Positions 26,372 through 34,750 are shown, counted from the stretch's first letter. The stretch: DNA of 56,747 bases from Anaerolineales bacterium (GCA_022865905.1 JALHUM010000040.1:1-56747); one strand, 5' to 3'. Numbers and translations are program-made. The notes: a model not told the origin generated them from the letters alone.

Positions 26372-26413
26372 GATTCACTCCTTAATCACTGCTTCCCTGT
26401 TCCTATTAACTCG

Positions 26414-27334
26414 TTAGATATTCAAACGCGGGTCCAGCGCGTCACGCAGGCCGTCGCCAAGTAGGTTGAACCCCAGCACGGTAATCACGATGGCAATGCC
26501 AGGAATGAACAGCAGGTGTGGAGCATTGAACAAATTGTTGCGCTCCTCGCCCAGCATCAGTCCCCACTCGGGTGTGGGCGGTTGTGCCCCCAGCCCCAGA
26601 AATGAGAGGGCTGCGGCGTCGAGTATAGCTGTCGCAATACCGAGTGTTCCCTGAACGATGAGGGGGGGCATGGCATTAGGCAGAATGTGGCGGAATAAGA
26701 TATGGGAGGGAGACGCACCCAGAGCGCGATCGGCGGTCACAAAGTCCAGCTCTTTGACCGAGAGCACGCTGGAGCGCACAATGCGGGCGTATTGCGGAAT
26801 GGAAACGATACTGATCGCCAGGAGCGTGTTGATCAATCCCGGCCCCAATACAGCGACGATGGCGATGGCGAGAAGCAGACTCGGAAAGGCCAACAGTACG
26901 TCCATCATACGCATGATCAGGTTATCCAACCAGCCCCCCACGTAACCGGATACCGCGCCGAGCAAGGTTCCCACCACGATCGCAAACGTTACGCATACAA
27001 ACCCGATCTGCAATGAGAGTCGGGAGCCAAAAACCACCCGGCTGAAAAAGTCCCGGCTGTTACCGTCAATTCCAAAGTAGTGCTCAGTCTGATCGGCGGG
27101 ACATCCCAGCAAATGGATGCACGGGGGGGTGTTGCGTTTGGCGTCGTCCAAAATCTTGGTCGGGTCGTACGTGGCGATAAACGGGGCAAAGATCGCAATC
27201 AGGATCAGCGTGCCCAACATCAATAGCCCTGTGACAGCGGAGCGTTTTTTAAGTAGATGGCGCAGTGCGTTGCGCCACAAACTGTTCGGCGGCCCAGCTG
27301 AAGCCTGGGTCTCCAGCGCGTTATCGAGTTTCAT
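26414..27334 (-). CDS. ABC transporter permease, OppC/DppC type (cassette 1)
   Basis: 306 aa. An N-terminal OppC_N-like segment, 6 TM helices, and an EAA-loop region (..SIVSIPQYARIVRSSVLSVKELDFVTADRALGAS..). Confidence 0.85.
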   Translation of the reverse strand: MKLDNALETQASAGPPNSLWRNALRHLLKKRSAVTGLLMLGTLILIAIFAPFIATYDPTKILDDAKRNTPPCIHLLGCPADQTEHYFGIDGNSRDFFSRVVFGSRLSLQIGFVCVTFAIVVGTLLGAVSGYVGGWLDNLIMRMMDVLLAFPSLLLAIAIVAVLGPGLINTLLAISIVSIPQYARIVRSSVLSVKELDFVTADRALGASPSHILFRHILPNAMPPLIVQGTLGIATAILDAAALSFLGLGAQPPTPEWGLMLGEERNNLFNAPHLLFIPGIAIVITVLGFNLLGDGLRDALDPRLNI

Positions 27335-27345
27335 TCAGTGCTCCA

Positions 27346-28422
27346 CTATTGAAGATGAATGCGCGGATCGAGATAAGCATAGGATGCATCCACGATGAGA
27401 TTGACCGTTACAAAAATGAGTGCGATGATGACAGTGAAAGCCTGCACGACAGAATAATCGCGCGCAAAGATGGAAGCCACGAGGAAGGTACCTACCCCCG
27501 GCAAGCTGAACACGGTTTCCGTCAGAACTGCGCCGCCCAGCAAAGTGCCTAGCTGCAGCCCGACAATGGTGATGATCGGCAGCATGGCGTTGCGCAGGGC
27601 ATGGCGAAGGATGACCACGCGCTCGGGTAGCCCTTTAGCGCGAGCAGTGCGAATATAGTCCAGTCCCATTACCTCCAAAAGACTGGAGCGCGTCATGCGG
27701 GCGATGATGGACATCGGGATCGTGCCTACAGCTATAGAGGGGAGGATCAAGTGGCGCAGTGCATCTCCCAGCACCTTCCAGTTCCCGGAGATGAGCGAGT
27801 TAAAGACGACCAGATTCGAAGCAAAGGTGACCAGAGCCAGTGGAATGCCGCTCAGGTTTTGGAGATGAAAGGTAACGGTGAGCGGCGTCACAGTCGTGCC
27901 CGGGGTGAGACGCCCTGAAGGCGCCAGCCAGAGTGGTGTACCTTTGAGCATGATCGCGAACAGATAAGCCAGCATAAGTCCCAACCAGAACACCGGCATC
28001 GAGACACCAAAGTTCGCAAGGATCATCGTCAGCACATCAATGATTGAATTGTGTCTGGTGGCGGAGATTATTCCCAATATAATGCCAACTACGGTCGCGA
28101 ACAGCATGGCGAAGATGGTCAACTCTACTGTCATAGGCAGGCGGAGCAGTACGATACCAACGACGGGCTGGCTGGTGCGCAGTGAGGTTCCCAGGTTTCC
28201 CTGCGCCAGATTGCCAAGGTAACGAACAAACTGAACAGCGATGGAATCATTGAGGCCTGTGCGTTCGCGGTATTGAAAGCACGACTCGGGTGTGAAATGT
28301 TCGCCTAGCGCCATCATGCAGGGGTCGCCTGGAATGAGCCGGCCCAGAGCGAAGGTGCTTAGCAAAATGCCAAACAGCACCGGGATAACCAGTATCAATC
28401 GCCGAACGAGAAAGCTTATCAT
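27346..28422 (-). CDS. ABC transporter permease, OppB/DppB type (cassette 1)
   Basis: ORF 27346..28506, with the start at MISFLVRRL (28422). EAA loop: ..MSIIARMTRSSLLEVMGLDYIRTARAKGLPE... Confidence 0.85.
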   Translation of the reverse strand: MISFLVRRLILVIPVLFGILLSTFALGRLIPGDPCMMALGEHFTPESCFQYRERTGLNDSIAVQFVRYLGNLAQGNLGTSLRTSQPVVGIVLLRLPMTVELTIFAMLFATVVGIILGIISATRHNSIIDVLTMILANFGVSMPVFWLGLMLAYLFAIMLKGTPLWLAPSGRLTPGTTVTPLTVTFHLQNLSGIPLALVTFASNLVVFNSLISGNWKVLGDALRHLILPSIAVGTIPMSIIARMTRSSLLEVMGLDYIRTARAKGLPERVVILRHALRNAMLPIITIVGLQLGTLLGGAVLTETVFSLPGVGTFLVASIFARDYSVVQAFTVIIALIFVTVNLIVDASYAYLDPRIHLQ

Positions 28423-28520
28423 TGTGTTGGACCGACCTCCGAACCAGAGTAAGGAGCGATGGGGCATTGCCCGGTGCAATGCCCCATCGCCAACACGATC
28501 ATACAAGAAGCAATCTGTTA

Positions 28521-30194
28521 CTACGGTGCGTTCAGCTGCTTGGCAAAGTAGCCGCTGAAGTATTCAAAGACGCCTGTGTTGCCCTTGTGCAGCGGATTCA
28601 AAGCATCCCACATCACGATAAAGGTCTCCACGACGTCATTCGCATCCATAGCTGTCTCGTCGCTGAACTTGGCGTTCTTGTTCAGGGTGAACGTCCACTC
28701 TTTCAAGTCTGCACTAGCCGTATAGCTTTCGGCAGCCGAAGGCACGAGTTCCGTCGTATCTGGCTTGTACCAATACAACGTGTCAAAGATGTGGTAACAG
28801 GGACGCAGCGTTTCACCGTCGGTCTCGTCGTTGCAGTACAGGCTGATCGGCTCGCCGTTCTGTATAAAGTTCAATTGATCCTGGCCCGGCACCGACATAA
28901 GGTTGAACATTTCGTCGGCCAGCGGGCTAGCCTGGGCGCCATCCACGGTCGCCTTATAGGCGATGCCGTTGGTGCCATGTGCAATGGGGATCATCGGTAT
29001 ATGCTGCTTGACTAACTCAGCGACTTTGGCGTATAGCGTATTGCGCTGAGCGGGGTCGGCCACCTGGCCGGCTGCGTGGATCGCATCGACGAGGTCGGGA
29101 TATACATCGCCGAAGTTCTTGGACGCGCCGGTAAAGTGAAAGTCGTAAAAGTTGGTCGGGTCGGGATAATCTGCGCCCCAACCCAGCATGAACATGCCTT
29201 GTTCGCCGGCGGCAACAGAGGCCAGGAATTTGCCGGATTCGATCGGTTCGAGCGTGACATTGACGCCGATCTGAGCCAATTGCGACTGGATCTCCTGCCC
29301 CACCTTACCGGGCAGCGGCAGATAAACGCGCACTACGTCGCGATAGGACAGGGTTGTCGAGAACCCGTTCGGGAAGCCCGCATCGGCCAATAGGCTCTTG
29401 GCCGCGGTGACATCATAGTCATACCACTTGAAGCCATCGATGTAGCCAGGCACCATTACAGGCGGGACGAACTGTTCAGCAATAATCGAGCCAGCCGGGT
29501 AATAGTTGTCTACAATGCGATTCTTATCGATCGCCATGGCCAGGGCTTGGCGCACTTTTTCGTTGTCGAACGGTTTGATGGTATTGTTAAAGCCCAGGTA
29601 AAAGACGTTGAGCCCGGTTCGCGGAAGCAATTTGAGCGTGGGATCGGCTTGTATCTTGGCAAAGTCATCCGGGCTGGGGTTGTCAATAATATCTGCTGTG
29701 CCAGCCTGCAGTTCCAGCAAGCGGGCGGCAGCTTCACTGTTCCAGCGAATGATGAACTCCTTGTTCTTGGGCGCGGGGCCCCAATAGTTCGGATTAGGAA
29801 CGAGAGTCAGGTGATCGCCGCGCACCCATTCCTTAACCATGTAAGGGCCGGTGCCAATGGGATTGTTGAGCAAATCAGCCCCGCCGCCCCCGGTCTTTTC
29901 CAGGTATGCAGCGCTCTGGATGCCGAATGCCGGGAAGGCCACCTTGGACAGGAAGGCTGGATCCGGCGTGCACAACGTGAACTTCACTGTGTATTGATCG
30001 ATGGCCTCAATGGACTTTATCTCTCCGCCATATGTGCAATCCGGGGCGGCCAGGCTCAACGGCTGGAAGGCAACCGGAGGGCTAGTTGGGACTTGCGTTG
30101 CCGGGACCACAGTGGTGGTTTTTGGCCCGCAGGCCGCCAGAATCATGCTGGTCAAAACGACCAGCGCTATGAGCAAAAACATTGAGCGTTTCAC
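28521..30194 (-). CDS. family-5 (OppA/DppA-type) solute-binding lipoprotein, apparently circularly permuted
   Basis: ORF 28521..30272, with GTG 30194 after GGAGAAAG preferred. Lipobox ILAAC. The usual N-terminal 117 or so aa (..QNGEPISL..DETDGETL..WTFTLNKNAKF..FEYFSGYF..) are at the C-terminus. See finding. Confidence 0.8.
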   Translation of the reverse strand: MKRSMFLLIALVVLTSMILAACGPKTTTVVPATQVPTSPPVAFQPLSLAAPDCTYGGEIKSIEAIDQYTVKFTLCTPDPAFLSKVAFPAFGIQSAAYLEKTGGGGADLLNNPIGTGPYMVKEWVRGDHLTLVPNPNYWGPAPKNKEFIIRWNSEAAARLLELQAGTADIIDNPSPDDFAKIQADPTLKLLPRTGLNVFYLGFNNTIKPFDNEKVRQALAMAIDKNRIVDNYYPAGSIIAEQFVPPVMVPGYIDGFKWYDYDVTAAKSLLADAGFPNGFSTTLSYRDVVRVYLPLPGKVGQEIQSQLAQIGVNVTLEPIESGKFLASVAAGEQGMFMLGWGADYPDPTNFYDFHFTGASKNFGDVYPDLVDAIHAAGQVADPAQRNTLYAKVAELVKQHIPMIPIAHGTNGIAYKATVDGAQASPLADEMFNLMSVPGQDQLNFIQNGEPISLYCNDETDGETLRPCYHIFDTLYWYKPDTTELVPSAAESYTASADLKEWTFTLNKNAKFSDETAMDANDVVETFIVMWDALNPLHKGNTGVFEYFSGYFAKQLNAP

Positions 30195-30344
30195 AATCTT
30201 TCTCCTCTCAAAATTTGGAAAAACTAAAGGTTGGGTTTGGGGGGAAACAAAAATAGTATCGCTGCCTGGCACCTCCTCTATCTAGTAATAAGGAACATTA
30301 GAGTTTATGCACAATAATGTTTTGATACAAAAGTAGGCTATGCT

Positions 30345-30444
30345 GTCATTGCGAGGAGCGTTCTTTGCGACGAAGCAATCCCCAGGTGGTCTGTTTTGCC
30401 TCATAATCGGGAGATTGCTTCGCCAAAGTGCGGCTCGCAATGAC
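30345..30444. repeat. GTCATTGCGAG...CTCGCAATGAC palindromic repeat
   Basis: GTCATTGCGAGGAGCG..CGAAGCAATCCCC....GGGAGATTGCTTCG..CGGCTCGCAATGAC. It is a variant of the GTCAYY..GAG family. Confidence 0.65.
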
Positions 30445-30479
30445 ACCTACGAGCGAATCTCTTATTGTGAATAGAATTT

Positions 30480-30507
30480 ATTATACAGCAAATTTACTAA
30501 AATGCGA
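30480..30507 (-). promoter_or_regulatory. candidate promoter of cassette 1 (TCGCAT-16-TATAAT)
   Basis: The minus-strand TATAAT is at 30485..30480 and TCGCAT at 30507..30502. The motif block AATTTGCTGTATAAT is conserved with 34902..34929. Confidence 0.35.
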
Positions 30508-30578
30508 CGTGTGGAATGCCGGGGCCGCGCAGATTTACCTCCGCCGGATTCGAGGGCCACACGCCAGCCACCGGCGCG
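30497..30578 (-). pseudogene. 3'-terminal fragment of a second AmmeMemoRadiSam-type radical SAM gene
   Basis: It encodes ..APVAGVWPSNPAEVNLRGPGIPHVAF-stop. The intact gene ends ..APVAGVWTANPESVNLQGHGIPRVAFL-stop at 34916. Homology stops abruptly at 30578. Confidence 0.75.
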
Positions 30579-30684
30579 TCGCCTGGTCAGCGACCTGGAA
30601 CGCGCGGTAGGTCGGCTGGAGAAGAACGTCAACGCCCGTTTGTTGGCTGAGGTGCTGCTGTTGGATTGGCGGAAGATAAAATAA
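30579..30684 (+). pseudogene. 3'-terminal fragment of a second holB
   Basis: It encodes ..RRLVSDLERAVGRLEKNVNARLLAEVLLLDWRKIK-stop. The intact holB ends ..RRVVTDMEHAVDRLERNVNARLLAEVLLLDWPHIK-stop at 25445. Confidence 0.75.
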
Positions 30685-30715
30685 ACCCGACAGGCATGTA
30701 ATGGCCTGTCGGGTT
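30684..30715. terminator. hairpin terminator between the holB fragment and cassette 2
   Basis: AACCCGACAGGC-ATGTAATG-GCCTGTCGGGTT is a perfect 12-bp stem. Downstream of the intact holB only the left arm survives (GACCCGACAGGC at 25446 onward). Confidence 0.55.
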
Positions 30716-30737
30716 CGCGTTTGCTGGAATACAGCGA

Positions 30738-31697
30738 TTACATGTGCCGCGAGCTGTGCGGGTCGAAGGCGTCCCGCATCCCATCTCCCATCAGGTTGAT
30801 GCTAAGGATGGTAAAGATGATGAACAGGCTCGGGAAGACCCACATCCACCAGGCGCCTCTTTGTATAAAGGACTGGGCGCTGGTGAGCATGTTGCCCCAC
30901 GAGGCGGTCGGCGGTTGGACGCCCAGGCCGAGGAAGGATACGTAGGCCTCCATCAGGATGGCGCCCGCAAGGCCCAGGGTGGCCGAAACGATGATGATGC
31001 CCAACGTATTCGGCACCAGGTGATTGAAGAAAATGCGGGAATTACTGGCGCCGAGCGATCTGGCAGCAGAAATATAATCCATTTCCTTCAACGAAAGAAC
31101 ATTCGCCCGCACGATACGCGCCAGGTACATCCAGGAGGTCAGACCGATGACCAGGATGACAATCCCTACACTTCCGCTGAAGGATAGGCCGAAGATATTG
31201 ATTGTTTGAACATCCTTGCCCAGGAACTTGCCCAAAACGATCAGCAGGAAAAGGGACGGGATGGAGAGCATCGCTTCGGTAAAGCGCATCAGGATCGCAT
31301 CCACCCAGCCGCCATAATAAGCGGCTACGCCTCCCAGAACGGTTCCAACAGAGATCTCGATAACGACCGCTAGAAGGCCAACGATCAAGGAGATCTGCCC
31401 ACCATAGACGACCCGGCTGAAACTATCCCGCCCGATGCTGTCGGTTCCGAACCAGTTTTCGGCGGAAGGCGGCGTTAAGTTCGCTTTCAAATCTACTGAG
31501 TTCGCCTTTTCGAGAGGGATGAAAATCGAACCGACGATGATGAAAAGCAATAGAAGAGCAATCCCAATCCCCCCGGCCAGCGCCATCTTGTGCTTACGGA
31601 AACGCCTCCAGATCAATTGACCGGGGGTCAGCGCGGCGCCGGTAGATTCTGCTTTTAGCGTAGAAATTCCGTTTGAGTTCAAGGTATCCGACGACAT
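30738..31697 (-). CDS. ABC transporter permease, OppC/DppC type (cassette 2)
   Basis: ORF 30738..31715, with the start at MSSDTL (31697). EAA loop: ..TSWMYLARIVRANVLSLKEMDYISAARSLGAS... Confidence 0.85.
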   Translation of the reverse strand: MSSDTLNSNGISTLKAESTGAALTPGQLIWRRFRKHKMALAGGIGIALLLLFIIVGSIFIPLEKANSVDLKANLTPPSAENWFGTDSIGRDSFSRVVYGGQISLIVGLLAVVIEISVGTVLGGVAAYYGGWVDAILMRFTEAMLSIPSLFLLIVLGKFLGKDVQTINIFGLSFSGSVGIVILVIGLTSWMYLARIVRANVLSLKEMDYISAARSLGASNSRIFFNHLVPNTLGIIIVSATLGLAGAILMEAYVSFLGLGVQPPTASWGNMLTSAQSFIQRGAWWMWVFPSLFIIFTILSINLMGDGMRDAFDPHSSRHM

Positions 31698-31711
31698 AGG
31701 CTCTCCGTAGA

Positions 31712-32671
31712 TCAACCCAAACGAATACGCGGGTCAACGAGGGTATAGACCATATCCGTGATGATCGTGAACAGTACCACCGCAGTAGAAACGATCAACA
31801 GCACGCCGAGCACCACCGGGAAGTCGCCGCGCTGGGCGTATTCCCAGAACAGCCGTCCCATGCCGGGCCAGGCAAAAACGGACTCGGTCACCAGCGCGCC
31901 GCCGAGCAAATAGGGAATGTCCAATCCGATAATGGTCACAAACGGCAGGGCGGCATTGCGCAAGGCGTGCTTATAGAGCACGGCCCGTTCGGTGAGCCCC
32001 TTGGCGCGCGCCGTGCGGACATAGTCCATGCCAAGAACTTCCAGGATACTGGAGCGAATAAAGCGGGAATAGTTGGCCGTTGTGATGATGACCAGCGCCG
32101 ATACAGGCAAGACCATGTGGCGTACTAACTGGCCCAGATCTTTTGGATCCCAAATATCTGCTCCAGTCGGCATGTAAGGCCAGCCCATCTGTTTAAACTT
32201 GACCGCAAAGATCAAGATCAGTCCCAAAGCGATGAAAAAGATCGGCATGGAATAGCCGACGAATGAAAAGGTTGTGATCAGGTTGTCCAGAAAAGAATAT
32301 TGCTTGACGGCTGAAATGATCCCCAGTATCAAAGCGACTGCCAGGGTGATGATCTCGGCCGTTACCATGAGGATGAGTGTCATCGGAAGGCGTTGGGCGA
32401 TCATCAATGAAACAGGCTGCTTGGAAAAGAAAGATTTACCCAACTCGCCTTGCACAGCCAACCCCAGCCAGCGCAGATATTGCACCGGCAAGGGCCGGTT
32501 CAGCCCCAGGCGCTCACGCAGCGCGGCGCGGTCAGCGGCGCTCATGTTCGGGTTGGTCGCATACTGGGCCAGGGGGTCCGCCGAAAGGCGTGTGAGGATA
32601 AAGCACAAGACGGTGATGATTAAAAGAGTGAAGAGGGCTTGGACCAAACGACGTGCCAGGTAAGACCACAT
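31712..32671 (-). CDS. ABC transporter permease, OppB/DppB type (cassette 2)
   Basis: ORF 31712..32707, with the start at MWSYLARRL (32671) after GAGGAG. EAA loop: ..SRFIRSSILEVLGMDYVRTARAKGLTE... Confidence 0.85.
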   Translation of the reverse strand: MWSYLARRLVQALFTLLIITVLCFILTRLSADPLAQYATNPNMSAADRAALRERLGLNRPLPVQYLRWLGLAVQGELGKSFFSKQPVSLMIAQRLPMTLILMVTAEIITLAVALILGIISAVKQYSFLDNLITTFSFVGYSMPIFFIALGLILIFAVKFKQMGWPYMPTGADIWDPKDLGQLVRHMVLPVSALVIITTANYSRFIRSSILEVLGMDYVRTARAKGLTERAVLYKHALRNAALPFVTIIGLDIPYLLGGALVTESVFAWPGMGRLFWEYAQRGDFPVVLGVLLIVSTAVVLFTIITDMVYTLVDPRIRLG

Positions 32672-32744
32672 GCGCAACTCCTCGGCTTTCTCATGGAATT
32701 TGACCAAGTATGCTACAGGCTGGGTTTTGCGTCAATGGTATTCA

Positions 32745-32880
32745 TTATCAGTAATTCACGAAAAGGCTTCGTAGTGGCGACTTCCCTGGCACCGCCCGCC
32801 AGGGCAGGTGTAGTCGCTTTTTCGCCGCACGACTGAAGTCGCCACTACGATTTCGTGATCTACTGATTATACAGAGTTTA
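32745..32880. mobile_element. MITE-like element with 19-bp imperfect TIRs (ATCAGTAnnTCACGAAA) around a TAGTGGCGAC palindrome
   Basis: The left end is TTATCAGTAATTCACGAAA. The reverse complement of the right end is ATAATCAGTAGATCACGAAA (17 of 19 match). The core is CGTAGTGGCGACTTC...GACTGAAGTCGCCACTACG. No TSD could be identified by eye. Confidence 0.55.
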
Positions 32881-32941
32881 TATGGCATGAGAGGCAGGGA
32901 GATTTCCCTGCCTCTCAATGTCATTCTACAACTTTGACTTG

Positions 32942-34750
32942 CTACTTGACGTCCCAGACCTCGGAGTTCCAGTCCAGGTTGCTCGCAAAGCCGAAGGGGC
33001 CGGGCACAAAGCGATCCACCATGCCGTAGACGTTGGCACGGGCGTACATCATGACAACTAAGTAGTTGTCGAAGATGTATTTCTGCAACTCATCAATGGC
33101 TACCTTGCGGGCGGCCGGGTCAGCGGTAGCGTTCACCGCTGCCATCAGTGTATCCAGGGCGGGATCGCAGATATGATAGTTGTTCGCGCCGGATGGGTTG
33201 CCCGTACTCGGTACGGTTTTGCAGGCGTAGCTATCCTCCACGCCCGTCATCGGGTCGGGATAAAAGCCAGTGGTGTATCCATCCATATCGAACTTGCCAG
33301 TCGCCATGTTACCGCCGTCGCTATAACCAGCGAAGAAGGTGCCAGCCGGGGTGTGGATCGGCTTGAACTCGATGCCAATTTTCGCCAGGTCAGACTGAAC
33401 CGCAGTGGCAATATCAATACGAATCGGCGCAGTGGTGGTCTCGAAATTGAAGGACAGCTTGGTTTCCACACCATTGCACATACCAACGCGGATGCCATCC
33501 GCGCCGAGGGTGTAGCCGGCCTGGTCGAGCAAGGCGGCGGCCTCGGTGGGATTGTAGGCGTCCGGCGTCAGGCTGGCGTTCGTCCATGACGAGTTTGGCC
33601 ACTGCGTGGCGGGAACGATTGTCTCGCCAGCCAGAAGGCTATCCACAATGGTCTGGCGGTCGATGCCGAGGGTAATGGCCTTACGGACGCGTACATCCTT
33701 GAACGGGCAGAAGCCGTCCAAATCGGAGATGCCCTTGCCATCCACGCCGGCGGTGGTGCCCAGGTTGAAGAAGTAGTGCTCGAAGTCAAAACCGGGCTTT
33801 ACCACCAGGTGGACAGCCGGTTCGAGGGCGCCCACGGTAGTGATATCAGACTCTGCAAAGTTCGGATACCAGTCCAGATCGCCGGTTTGCAATGCTGCCA
33901 GAGCGGTGTTCGAATCGGGTACGAACTTGATTTGGACTTGATCGAGCTTGGCGCGGCCCGAAAAGAAGTTCGCGTTGGGCAGCAAGGTCATGTGATCGCC
34001 CGCGACCCATTCTGCGATCACCCACGGCCCGGATGAAATGGTCGGCCAGTGAATAAAGGGATCGCCCTCCAGGGCAGTATGGCCTTCCAGTATGTGCTTG
34101 GGCATGAGGGAACCATAGTTGTTTGGGCCCTGGGTGAACAGGGTCTGCCATGGCGGGTATAACTCGCTGAAGTGAAGCACAACGGTTGTATCGTCAGGGG
34201 TGTCTATGCTGGTGATCTTGTCATAGCCTACACGGGTCATGGGGGCATTGCCGGGATCCATGATGGCCTGCCAGGTAAACAAGACATCTGCGGAAGTAAG
34301 CGGCTGGCCATCCGACCAGAACAGGCAGGGCTTGAGGTGCCAGGTAATGGTCAGGCCGTCCGCTGAGACTCCGCCATTGGCTGCACTCGGAACCTCAGCG
34401 GCGAGTTCAGGCACGAAGGTGCCATTCTCATCCCATTCCCCCAGTCCAACCACGGTCAACTGGGAGATCCAGGCGGCATAAGACATCTGAGTAAACTCAG
34501 AAATAATGTTGTCAGGCTCCTGATCCCAGGCGCCGGTCACGGACTTGCCGCCGGATGGGAAGGGAATCGGCTCAGTGCCTACGGGTGTGCAGGCTGCCAC
34601 GGGAGGCTGGGTGGCCTCAGGCGGTTGGGTCGCAGCAACGGGTGGTTGGGTTGCAGGCGCCGTTGTGGGTGTGGTCGTCGGACCACAAGCCGCCAGTGCC
34701 AGGCTTGCCAGCACCAGCAGCGAAAACAGTAGATAAAATGAACGTTTCAC
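32942..34750 (-). CDS. family-5 (OppA/DppA-type) solute-binding lipoprotein, canonical topology (cassette 2)
   Basis: 602 aa. Lipobox LALAAC, a Pro/Thr/Gln linker with repeated ATQPP, then the normal order of SBP_bac_5 blocks (..LTITWHLKPCLFWSDGQPLTSADV.. early, ..GPWVIAEWVAGDHMTL.. in the middle). Confidence 0.85.
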   Translation of the reverse strand: MKRSFYLLFSLLVLASLALAACGPTTTPTTAPATQPPVAATQPPEATQPPVAACTPVGTEPIPFPSGGKSVTGAWDQEPDNIISEFTQMSYAAWISQLTVVGLGEWDENGTFVPELAAEVPSAANGGVSADGLTITWHLKPCLFWSDGQPLTSADVLFTWQAIMDPGNAPMTRVGYDKITSIDTPDDTTVVLHFSELYPPWQTLFTQGPNNYGSLMPKHILEGHTALEGDPFIHWPTISSGPWVIAEWVAGDHMTLLPNANFFSGRAKLDQVQIKFVPDSNTALAALQTGDLDWYPNFAESDITTVGALEPAVHLVVKPGFDFEHYFFNLGTTAGVDGKGISDLDGFCPFKDVRVRKAITLGIDRQTIVDSLLAGETIVPATQWPNSSWTNASLTPDAYNPTEAAALLDQAGYTLGADGIRVGMCNGVETKLSFNFETTTAPIRIDIATAVQSDLAKIGIEFKPIHTPAGTFFAGYSDGGNMATGKFDMDGYTTGFYPDPMTGVEDSYACKTVPSTGNPSGANNYHICDPALDTLMAAVNATADPAARKVAIDELQKYIFDNYLVVMMYARANVYGMVDRFVPGPFGFASNLDWNSEVWDVK

